Made by a program: the position numbers and the translations under genes. DNA of 58,251 nt, the filler included, from Sluysia triapertura (Eukaryota), in NCBI GenBank assembly GCA_046118255.1. It is 4 parts of 4 records of this genome, joined end to end, with 100 filler letters (N's around TTAATTAATTAA, not from the genome) between each part and the next. Parts side by side here need not be neighbours in the genome. Positions count along the whole stretch, not along the records: positions 13,476 to 30,441 come from JBJNIA010194600.1; 3 more parts are not named here. One strand, 5' to 3'. Below the pieces are notes generated by a model, which was not told where the DNA came from, searched no databases, and saw nothing but the letters and a program-made list of their open reading frames with translations. Shown here in pieces: positions 13,476 to 24,949 of the stretch. Numbering within the stretch: the first letter of the stretch is position 1; each line of letters opens with the position of its first letter.

Positions 13476-14330
13476 ATATTAATTTATATTGCGCTCATAT
13501 CTACTGCAAAGTAAGTACTCAAAAGCGCTTAATGTTTCTGAAATAGAACAACTTTGCCTTTTTCTTCTATATTTCACAATCTTCCAGTAATTTAACATTC
13601 TCTGGTAGTACTGGTTGTATATTTTTGAAACATAAACGGTGTACAACCTATAACCTAGGTCTTATTATCACTGTGGATTCTGTATAGATTATTATTATTA
13701 TTATTATGTCTCAATGAAATATTCATCTTGCTTTCTAAATTGTTTATTATTTCTAAGAGATATTCAGGACTTCCGTAATGTAAGCATTTGTAAATTATTG
13801 TCATGATTTTGAATTCTCTTGCTTTTATTGGCAACTAATGTAATTCTTTAAGATAAGGTTTTACATGAGTCTTGCTGCTTGCTTAATTATTAATGGTAAT
13901 GTTTTCACTTTTCTATATAAAATTGAAAACAATAAACCATTGTTAAAATCAGTGTTATTAGTTATTAATAAATGAACAATTAGTTTAATAATATTATTAA
14001 TAAATTTATTATTAATTTATTAATAGATTTTCGAATATTTGATTTTTTATTTAATTGATATTTATACTTTTTGACAATACATTTAATATTTTTTCCATGT
14101 TCATTTTTGAATCTATATAACAGTCTATATTTCGTACTTTTCGTTTCGCATCTAGTATCTTACCACCTAAAATTAACTTTATTTCATTTTATTAACTTTT
14201 CTTCACTGATTGCCAAACCATTTTATTAATTAATATACTAGTTCTTCTGTTCTTTGAATGGTATTTTCTATGATGTTCATTTCAAATTCAGATATATATT
14301 TGCACATCATAAATTTTAATAAACTGAAGT
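13476..14330 (-). mobile_element. L2/CR1-clade LINE, 3' portion of ORF2 and 3' tail (degenerate)
   Basis: IYDVQIYI (YADDTQxY), KVRNIDCYIDSKMNM, LIVHLLITNNTDFNNGLL, IIKQAARL, HVKPYLKELH*LPIKAR.EFKIMTIIYKCLHYGSPEYL; 3' terminal AAGCGCTTTTGAG...GAGCGCAATATAAAT motif. Confidence 0.85.
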
Positions 14331-15510
14331 TTTATTTTAATTCTTATTTGTATTTGCTGTTTTGCTGTTTGTACAGTGATTATTCTTTAAATGCTACTTT
14401 TGTTATTATTTTGATATTTCTAGTGAAAATAGTATGTTAGTAACTAAGTAGAATAACTTTAAGTTAGATACCTAACAATTACTTTTAATTGTGTAACTAA
14501 AAAAATATACTAAACATGCAAATTATAATTTTATTAATTTTACAATATAGAGGTAATTAAATTTTAAAAATATCAAAATTTAAGTGTCTCCAGTCTGCAG
14601 CGTATGTATACTTGTAGCTTTCTTTCATTTGTCGAAATAAATTTTTAGCCTCTTATTTAGTACGAGTCCGGCACTTCAGGCCTTTCTGGACTCATATTGA
14701 ATTTATGAAATCAATCCCAAGCAAGATATATTTTAAAAATAAATATTCTTTTATACTTTTAATATTATTCTAATTAAAATTTTTAATTAAGAAAAATCAA
14801 AACACAATTACAAGTTAAGTATTAATTATTAAATCAATGAAATTTAATTTTAATCAAATGACTTGAATAACTTAGAAAACCGTTGCAATTTCAAATATTT
14901 TCTTTTTAATTATTAAGTTCAGAATTTTCATGAAGTGGTTCAATCACTGAAGTTATTTAATTCATTATTTTCTCGATTTACTCAGGTAATATCCTCATAA
15001 AATCTGAATTTAGTTTGATTAAATATCCCAAAGAGTTTTAATCTTAAAATAATATTTGTTCCTTCTTCTATATTTAGTTCTTATATTTTACTAACGCCTA
15101 TTAGTTACTGTGATATTATTAAATTTTAATTTATATAATTGTTTTGATGATATAAAGACAATTTAAGAGAAAGATATAACAAATTTAGACAGAGTTACAT
15201 AGGGTGCCCCAAAAGTTACCGAACCGCAAACTTAAATAAAAATTAGATATCAAAAACTTCAAATGTAATTTATTTTGTCATTTTATGTTATCTTCGCTAC
15301 TGTTCATTTCCTTCTGCGAATAGTAGTCTTTGGAATGACTTGTTGCGCAGTCTTATTGACTTTATTCTGATATCATTGTTCAACGAGCGCTTATGGACCC
15401 TCATTCTTAAAAATGGGAATGTTAACAGATAGAGTTGTGTTTATTGTGACAATGAGAATTCCCATCGTATTGTTTAAACGGAAGTCAATGTTTCTGGAGT
15501 CACAGCCTGA

Positions 15511-15669
15511 TGTTGGGGTAAAAGGCCTAAAAGTGCCATTTGGGAAAATTGAATATAATAAAAATGAAATTGTTAGATGGGGCTGATAGCTCAGTGGTAG
15601 AGCAGTCGGACTGCGCAGACGATGGTCCCGGGTTCGATCCCCGGTCAGTCCATTTTACGAAGTCTAACA
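15511..15669 (+). mobile_element. tRNA-bearing solo-LTR-like element, copy 1 (Helenus-like)
   Basis: Begins TGTTGGGG and ends TCTAACA; flanked by direct repeat CTGA (15507-15510 / 15670-15673). Inserted in a transposase frame that becomes contiguous when it is removed. Homologous to 35459-35601. Confidence 0.85.
15580..15652 (+). tRNA. tRNA-like sequence (Cys/Ala-like) inside the LTR-like element; probably not a decoding tRNA
   Basis: 73 nt. Acceptor stem GGGCTGA/TCAGTCC, D arm GCTC-AGTGGTA-GAGC (A box), T arm CCGGG-TTCGATC-CCCGG (B box), followed by TTTT. The anticodon arm is irregular. Confidence 0.7.
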
Positions 15670-17039
15670 CTGAGCTGAAATCGGCCCTTTCTTCTTTGAA
15701 GGAACTGTTAATGGTGAACGTTACCTAGATATACTGAAGACTAAAGTGTTTCCTATTGTTATTGAGTTCCCCCATTTCGGTTATCTTCAATTTCAACAAG
15801 ATAGAGCAACTGCGCACTCTACCAAAGATGTTCGACAATGGCTTGGTGAAACATTTCCTGAACGTTGGATTGGACAAATCGAATGGTCTGCCAGATTCCT
15901 GGATCTGACACCGCTTGATTATTTTCCATGGAGAGTTCTAAAGAACACTGTTTATGCTAAAATTGATCAACTAAAATAAAGTATTAGCACGAATTGAATC
16001 AAATTTCAGAGGAAACTTGCCAGAAAGTATGTCGCAGTGTTGTCAAGAGTTGTCGTGCTTATATTGAAGTTTAAGGTGGATATTTTGAACATTTGTAAAT
16101 ACTAAATATACGTATTAAATTTGTCGTTTTGTTTTTGATATCTAATTTTTATTTAAGTTTGCTGCTCGGTTACTTTTTTGGATCCCTTTTATTAAGATTG
16201 TCATAGAAAACTCGATAAACGTAGTTTCAGACAATTCCTAGTGCGTAACAAATAATAATAAAAACCCTCAAATTAAAATAAAGTAAATTATAAATTAATT
16301 TAATTAGTTAGGAAGAAACCAATTAAATTATACGTTAAAGTTGATCATTTATGATTACAGATACGCTCATAAGTTATGCACTGTAACCAAACACTGTTAA
16401 AATTTATTTATAAATATATTTTAAATAATATGTAGAGTATAAATAAAAATCGTACCTAAATTGATTTGAAAATAGAGTTATTTAACTATATTGATTAATA
16501 TGAAAATATTCACGGAATCAAATAAAATTAATGTTTTAGAAATTATTTTCATTTTTGCTTCAATTAATAAATATATTTAAATATGTATTAATAAGTGAAA
16601 TGTATTAGATAAAATTTGGAATGTGTTTTACTATGAAAATAAAATATAATTTAAGCATTATTAAATATTAAAATTATAATATTAATATTAAATATTAAAA
16701 TTATAAAATTACATCCTGACTTGATATGGGCCTGTGTAACATAGGGTATTCTAATTTTAATATGTAGATATAAATATCCGCGACAAACCACCCCCACGTT
16801 TCCCTGGAGATGGGTGGGTTTGTTTGGGTTACTGGGTTACTAGTTTATTCGAGCGTACGTAATTTGTATTTTGTTAGAGTGAATATTACAGTAAATTTGG
16901 ATTGTTCCTAGTTTATCATTTATATACTACTCATTTGTGTATAGAACTTATTGTGTATAGAGGTTATTGTAAATCCACATTCATGGAACGAAATGGAAAA
17001 TTCACATTTTAAGTAGTCAAAGTTGATTTTAATGGTCTG

Positions 17040-18335
17040 CTAATGCCACCATTTAATCCGACAACAATCCAAATTTATACAAGAATGTGATTGAAGAGCT
17101 GTGGGTGATCCCGGATTCTTTATTTCAATATTACCTATGTCTTTTCTTTTTAATGATTTAAAAAACATTAAACAAACTTTATTAACTAACTTAATTACTA
17201 ACAAATAAGGCTTAAGGCCTGAACTATTTAATATTATCAACATTAACAATAAATACCAATGAACACAATATATTAATTTAAAACAATTAGTATAAGTTAA
17301 CAAAAATACTCCATTAAATGACAAATACAGTGTCTTATAAAAAACAGTTAGAAAACTTCGTCGAAAACCGGAAGAATTATCGTAACCAAAAGATAAATCG
17401 ACTACATAATTAGTGTTGACATTTTCGATATTACAAGCTATTTGAAGATAAATGTTTTTTTTCTCTTTCATTAACTCAAAACATCTTACATCATGGTCAT
17501 CTATATTCGATTTAGATAATTTTACGATAAAACGTCCAGCTTTCGGTATGCTTTTGTAAAAAATAGAATAACGTAAGTCGTGAGCTAATTCAAACGCGTT
17601 GTTGTAATAGCCTAATGAACAAAATGATGGCTTATATCTAACATTACAATATAATTTATGACATAACTTTATTTGAAATAAACTATCAGTTAAGTTGAGT
17701 TTAAAAAACAAAATATTATTCAAAACGAATAATTTAAATGTTTTAAAACATTTTATATTGTTTGATATTTTATATTTAGTAAATAAAATTTGTTTACTAT
17801 TAGTTATCATTCTGTCTCTTCGTTCACGCAGTACTTCTATTAAGCCATTCCCTTGTGTACTGTGTATATAAACTAACAGTAATCGCCTTTGATCAAAGAT
17901 TTGATAATTAGCAATGTCATTCATGCAAACTAAATAATCATTTCCACATTGATCGGCTCGCTCTTGCACCTCGAAACATACAGAAAAAGTAGACAGTTTT
18001 TTTATAAATTCACTAAAAGCTGCTTGATTAAATGAATTGTCTGAAGTATTCAACATTATTTTATAACGAGCTCCATTGTTTGGTACATAGCATTCCAGAT
18101 CCCCAGTGTAATAAACTAAGGGTTGTTAATATTTTAAAAGAAAATAATTACATTTATCTTCTTTAACTTGGATTTTTGCTTTAACATTTTCAACAGTATC
18201 AGTTGATTTAACTTGCTCTAATAATAATAAAAAATTGTTATTATTTTTATTAAAATTACTGTCATCTTCTGATTTTCCCAATATTCGTTCTACTTCACTC
18301 CATAACTTTCGGATATATGTAATAGATTTACTCAT
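17040..18335 (-). pseudogene. Intronless ubiquitin-like + internally deleted HECT E3 ligase ORF interrupted by one TAA
   Basis: ORFs 18126-18335 and 17040-18056 are in one frame. UBL: [18 protein letters not shown]...*QPLVYYTGDLE. HECT start: FIVKLSKSNI...GYDNSSGFRRSFLTVFYKTLYLSFNGVF. HECT end: IEIKNPGSPTALQSHSCINLD. Confidence 0.65.
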
Positions 18336-18549
18336 ATTGATAGTTAAAGATATCTAAGCAATCGTTGCTTATTTTCGTTAGCTTTAATCTTTTAATTGAT
18401 TATTATAATTTATTTTTATGATTATGTAGATTTAGAAATATGCAAATAAGCATCATATATTTCAAGAACTGTTTCAATGCGGGCTTGTACTATTGGTTTT
18501 CTAAAACATATTTCCGGGCAGTAAAAATTATTTAAACTACAAACATTTA

Positions 18550-19449
18550 TCATACTAACACCTTGCATTGTGATTTATCATATCGTAAACTCAAAGAATC
18601 AGTACTAGTCATGCGTACAATGTTTTCCATTTGAATAAAAATAAAAATAAATAAAATAAAATAAAAAAAATTAAGAAGGCATTTTTCAATATTTTGTCTT
18701 TCTTTTTCAATTAAATTAGTTATTCGCTTAGTAAACATATTTTTCATTTCAGCTTCCTCTTGTTTAACATTTTTTTTAAATGCATTGATATTAAGGTTTT
18801 AAAACGATCTAGAGTAAAAGTATTGAGTTTCTTTATACTTTCCATTTCTGTTTCCAATGATTTTATAAAGTCATATTTAGTAGCAGTTAACTCAGATTGT
18901 ACTGATAATTTTACAAATTCCAATTGTTCTAAAGTTCCGGTCACTTTGTAAAGTTCCGATGTTAAATTTGCTATTTCTTCTTTAATAGGTTCCATTGCCT
19001 CTTCGAATATATTTAACGATTTGTATTTTCTAAATTTCTCATCAACTTCCTCACGTTTTTTTATTTACTATTGAATTTTCTTTCATTAATTCTCTAACAA
19101 AATCAAATATTTCTGCATCGCCTTTTTTGTTCGTTTTTCGAATACTATCAATAACTCCTTTTGCTAATTTTTGAAGTGCAGTTTTGATGTTTTGTAGAAT
19201 TTTTGATAACATTTTAACTTCTTCAAATTCTCTTGAGCTTTTGTCTAATGTTCTTTCTGTCCTATCTGATTCATTTTCAATAATTTCCAAATTTGACGTA
19301 TTCATTCGGAATTCTTGTCTTAACTTACTAAACAATTTGTCAACTGAAATTCTTTTGTTTATAAATATATACAACAACGATAAGAGTAAAAATAGTAATA
19401 ATAAGAATAAAAGAGGAAAAGGAAAAACAATTAATGATAATGATAACAA
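18550..19449 (-). pseudogene. Frameshifted coiled-coil ORF of unknown family
   Basis: Three consecutive E/K/L-rich ORFs (19051-19449, 18744-18995, 18550-18747) join at poly-A runs. Confidence 0.45.
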
Positions 19450-19547
19450 TTGTGTATTTATAATATTTACATATATAAAGTCAGTGATATTTATAATGAA
19501 ATTTAATATGAAAGTTATTATAAAAGTTATTACGAAAGTTATTATTT

Positions 19548-19702
19548 GTTAAAATTTACAACTTTAATTCGAATTTGGGAAAGACATTAATCGTAACAAT
19601 AATAATAATAGTTCATGATGGTTAAAATTTGTAACTTTAATTCGAATTTTGAAAAGATGTTAATCGTAATAACAATAATAATAATAGTTCATGATAGTTA
19701 AA
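19548..19702. repeat. Tandem duplication of a ~73-76 bp unit
   Basis: GTTAAAATTT..AACTTTAATTCGAATTT..AAAGA..TTAATCGTAA..AATAATAATAGTTCATGAT occurs at 19548-19620 and 19621-19696. Confidence 0.9.
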
Positions 19703-20269
19703 TGAGATGATCGTGTTTATTTTTGAATGAGTTTAATAGTTCGTTTAGTAGTTTGTGTATGTGTGTATCGTTTTTAAGTGATGATTTGTGATGAACTGAG
19801 TTATAGTGGATGTTGTGTGATGAATTGTGATAGATACCGTATGACGAGTTCCCTACAATCCATGCTATTGGTAACTTTTTATTTTATTTTATTTTTAAAT
19901 ATTAATCTTAATTAAGAATATTTTATTAGAATTATTTGTAATAAGATTGAGTTGTAATTAATTTAATTTTTTTAGGTACGGCCTAATAAAGATTTATAAT
20001 AATATTAATTTGTAATCGATTTAATCATTTTTAGTAGTGCTTAACAGAGATTTGTAATAATATGAATTTGTAATTGATTTTTTTTATTAGTAAATTATTT
20101 TGTTGTTGCTTTTAATTTGATTTTCTTTTAAAACAATTAGTTTTGGTGAGAATAATTATTCTTAATAATAAAAATGAAAATTGTTGATAATTGATATTTG
20201 ATTATTGAGTACATAAACAATTTTTTGTTAATTAAATTAATATCGATTTAACGTAAATAATATTTTGAA

Positions 20270-20826
20270 AGACTCCCAACAGGAGTTGAGGATGAAGTTT
20301 TATTTAGAAGTGAAGATAAATTAGTCGAAATAATGGTCATTTATTAAGTTTTACTAAAGCAAATACTGCCAACCAAATTGCAATATTTAGATTCATGAAC
20401 GATCCAGATTATGCCTATTACAATTATCTAAGAGATGTAACTATTACAAATGATGCTTTACATGATCAATGGCTAAATTATAATTTACTGTTACAAGAAA
20501 GGTCATCAAATTCTCAATTTATTGATTCCATCATGTTACACCAATTTTACTTACGACGTCAAGACAATACAAATGAAATTAAAAATATTATAGTTCTCAG
20601 AGTCTCATTTTTATCTACTAACTGCCACATCAACACATGATAATTCATGGTGCAATGTCACGAACACAGAGAATATATATATAATAGTTTAAAGGTACGA
20701 TCTTGTATATCTTATATTAATTTCAATTTTTATTCTTATTTGTTTTCTTCAGCTAATTATGATCTCAAACTGTATTATTCCAATATCAGTCCTCCGGTAG
20801 GCGAAGGAATGTTTCTATTCGAATAA
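20270..20826 (+). pseudogene. Unidentified gene fragment with one canonical intron
   Basis: ORF 20395-20640 plus a frameshifted extension; clear GTACGA...TTTTCTTCAG intron at 20695-20752. Confidence 0.35.
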
Positions 20827-23594
20827 ATTTACATTCAAATTCATATTAATATGTATTTACTTAAAATTTATTAAATTAAATTATGTTAAACATTTAATAA
20901 ATTTCTTCTAGTTTGTTATTATTTATTTTTACCTATTAAACATAATTTGATCAATAAAATTTTTATAAAGTTTTCGTTAATAATTAAATTTAGTAAACAT
21001 CTGTTGATAATTAATACTAATAAACACTATCTTAATAATCATCCACCAAACTATACATAATTCCATTAATTTATACATTCCATACATACATAAACAGCAT
21101 AAAATACATAAAAATTATTACATATTTCCAAACTTCAATAAATATCTTTCATTCATTTAGATACATTTAATATCACTTTATATTATTCTGATACACTAAA
21201 TACAAAACCATTATACTTAATATAACATCATCTTTGTAATTTCAAATCATAGTCAATTAAGTAAAGAAAAGTTTTCGACCAAAATGATGTATGCCGCATA
21301 AACATTAATAAGTGTAAACGCAAACGTAAGCATACATCAAAGCAAAATAACGCATTCCTTATAAAAACTTAACACAATTTTACACAAAATATCAAATCAT
21401 CAAACAATACACATAAAGCACAAATACAATTTTTATATCATACACCTTAAAATCTAACAGTTTCTAATTAAAATATGTTGAGGATTGTCGCTGACATTAT
21501 TTTTGTTACATCGTTGTTCCTTTTAATTACAAATTTTATATTTTTTTTATATTATGAGTGACTAAAATTATCTTAAATTGAGATTGAATAAAGATAATAA
21601 ATCAAAATTTGATAACACAATAAATAATTTAGTAAAAATAATTTTGGACTAAAGAATTGTACTGAAAATTAACATTAATAATAATAATAATCCGTACTAT
21701 TATAATTGAATTGTAGTAACTAATAATTTGTATTTTGAAATTACACCAGTAATATAACGTGTATATTAACGTCACCATCTGTTAAATTACGAAATATATA
21801 TATCATCGCTTGGAATATTATAAATACCGATAAAATAAAGTAGACAACACACGAAACATGTTATTTACGTTAAACATTTAGCAATAATACGCTCTATTCG
21901 ACAATACTTTATACTTGTAACTACCGAAGAAATTCCAACATAAATGTCTTAATGTAGTGAACTCCACATTTTCAATATCATATTGTTATCATAACTTATA
22001 TATTAATAACTCATAATAATTTCATATTTTCGTAATTCTATTAACTACATAATTCTATTATAATTTTATTCTCACAATTGTTATTAATTTCTGTATGTAT
22101 GCATGAATTTTATTCTAATGAATTGTTCCAATGTTAGTGCTAAGCCCTTCTATAAAAATCTATAAAATTAATAATAATTAATTACTGAAGAAACCTAAAT
22201 TAAAAAAATCAATTTATTGTACAAAAATAATTATGATGAGAAAATGAAAATAATGAAGATTATATCTTTATTTTATTTATTGCAAGTAGCAGAATCATTT
22301 TTAGTAGATGATATTGATTATACTAATGTTCCGATACAACCTAACAATATTCTGAAACCATTTGTAAATAATTCAACGGAGAATCATAAATATGAAACAT
22401 CAAAATGTCATATGATACTAAAATGATGTATAAATTAAGCGACTATTCATCAAACCTCGATATATACGTACGTATTTTATTATATATTGTTGTACTGTTT
22501 GTTACTTTTTTATTCAATAGATTCTTCGGTAAAATGGTTAATTTGTTTATTTTAAACTTTTTCGTCGTAAAGGCCTTACGCCTAGTGTTTTCAATAATTT
22601 TGTTAATTTATTTGTTTCAAAATATAATTACAATTAAAAATGTAATTCTAGCTAAAAATGAGTTTAATTTACTAAAAACATAAAGTTAAAGCCTTTCGCC
22701 AAACTTAGTAAGTTGATTTTTTGATCAAAACAAAAAGAGTTATTCATTAATTAAATTCTAACGTCATTAATCTGTATAATTTTAATAAAATTACGATCTG
22801 CTTAAATATACAATATTTGATAAGTTGATTCGAATAATTTTCAATAAATTTATTATTAGATTGACTTATTTCCTTTTCTTTTTGTGAACCAAAGGGATTG
22901 AAGATAGAGTTTTTAAAGTAAAATAAAGCTGTAAAAGTTAAATAAAAATATCATCGAATAAAATAAAGATGTGAAATAAACTAAGTTCTTTTGAGAAATA
23001 AAATAAACGTAGTAAAGCTCTACCAAATAAATTGATGGTCGAATACGATTCATAAACTAAGTTTAATCCATTCTAGGTAGAAATAGAATTTTAAATCAAG
23101 AAAACTTATAAGATAAATTATTTGTTAAGCGCTTCCATCTCGAACAACTGAGACGAACATAAGATTAACGACGTGAAGGATAAGTATTTAGACTAAATTA
23201 AACTTTTAAAACGTTAAGTGAATTAATATAGTGTATAAGTATTGATACACGATAAGGACAGTTACGATAAAAATAACTCACCGTGAGGAACTATTTGACA
23301 TACTAACATATTATCTATAAACCGCATTTTATAATTTTTTACATTATTTTTTATTACTATTACTGTTATTTTATTATTAGTACTACCTTAATTATTATTA
23401 CTATTTACAATCAATAGTCTGACAAATCTCCCAGAAGGTAAAGATTTTACAAATTAAAAAAAATATCACCATTAATAGTAAATGATTTTTTTGAAATTAA
23501 TTAATCGAATCACTAGATACCAAAACAAAAATTCAATGATATTAATGTTCAAAACCAAAAAAGATTAAAAATTAAAACCAATAATAAACTGAAA

Positions 23595-23993
23595 ATGGAT
23601 AGAGCTACTGCGACAAAACGTCTAGGCACTTTGAAGCATTTTATATTGAAAAATATTTATTTAGATGAAATTATTAAGTATTTGAGTGACTGTACTGATA
23701 ATTGTCTTAAATTAAAATGCTGGCAAGATCGTCCACTAAAAATTGATAATAAAGTCCAATTAATTTTAAGTGCAAACGATCTTAAAAATAAAGATATAAA
23801 TAATGATTTTTATGATGTCAGTAGTGGTGTTCATTATGGTGAAAAATCTTGTGAAGGTTTAAAAGTTCTTTTTTATCGAGCTCTTAGTGATGATATGAAA
23901 TTTCGTATTAAATACATTAAATGTGATATACAACAAAGTACACGAAATTTATGTCAATTAATAAAGTGCTTTAGAGTAGGGAAGTTGTGGTGA
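23595..23993 (+). pseudogene. Intronless ORF with degenerate nuclear-receptor C4 zinc finger
   Basis: DVSSGVHYGEKSCEGLKVLFYRA...CDIQQSTRNLCQLIKCFRVG matches the NR DBD (DxSSGxHYGVxSCEGCKGFFRR...CxIxxxTRNxCQxCRLxKCFxVGM) but several Zn-binding Cys are lost. Confidence 0.8.
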
Positions 23994-24949
23994 ATAATTA
24001 CGCTCTTGACGGTTATGCAATTAGAAAACAGGTCATGGGTCGGATAATGGCAGATCATGCAATGGTATTCAAGGATTCCTAACGTTTATGTCACTTTATG
24101 GTTTCAATATTCGATTAAAATTTAATTAATTAATTTTGTCAAACATTACGAGTTATTGAACAGTTAATTTTCATTTTGGCAAACAATATCGCTAATTGTT
24201 ATCCTATTGTAAGTAAAAAGCAGTTAATTTACATAAATGAGATTTCTTGCACATATTTTAACATAAAAATTTTATCGTTTACAATTAAAAAAACGAAAAA
24301 ATCTATAAAATTTTTATTTTGCACGGTTTGAAATAACTTTATCGTTTATATAAATATTTTATTTTCAAATAGAGACTTTATTTTTTGATTACTAAGGGTT
24401 CGGGAAGCGGGATTTTTTAAAAATTTAAAATTATAGTTTATATAACCCTAATTTATCATTTCAATCTTTAAGAAAAGAGACGAGTATTGAACTCAATCTC
24501 CAAGTTAAATTTATGAGAGAATTTAATATTAAAAAGTGAAATAAACTAGCATACTTTAAAGATACAATAATAGAGAATTTAATTTTAAACAAGAAAGACA
24601 CTGGTAAAAGTAAACGAATGAGCTAAAGAGTCATTTGATAAACAGTTAGATTTTAGAACTCGGTCATTAAAATAATTATAAATAAATTTTGAGTAATTTA
24701 TATAAAAGGAATTAACAAGTATATATAGAGATATGGTTGAAATAACCATAAACAATTAAAGTACTACTATAAAAGTTATAATCTTTTACGAAAAAGAATA
24801 AGAATTATAAATTAAACATTTACCCACAAGTTGGAAGTTATTTTACATTTGTATAAAAGTTGAAAATTTAACATTAAAAGATAAACTCGAAAATAACTAT
24901 AAATAATAAATCTTGAGAATTAAAGTCAAAGCTTACTATTAATATTTGA

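Larger units (their letters stand above)
15198..16190 (+). mobile_element. Degenerate Tc1/mariner DNA transposon (DD41D/rosa-like) with TIRs
   Basis: ~60-bp imperfect TIRs (AGGGTGCCCCAAAAGTTACCGAACCGCAAACTTAAATAAAAATTAGATATCAAAAAC vs 16131-16190). Transposase remnant IGPFFFEGTVNGERYLDIL...FQQDRATAH...WIGQIEWSARFLDLTPLDYFPW and a C-terminal GGYFEHL-type end; internally deleted. Confidence 0.9.

Noticed and set aside
15540-15728. ORF-track 62-aa ORF, and the idea of a functional tRNA gene at 15580-15652
   Set aside because: The ORF is a chance read across the tRNA-like insert. The cloverleaf has an irregular anticodon arm and sits in a TSD-flanked mobile unit.
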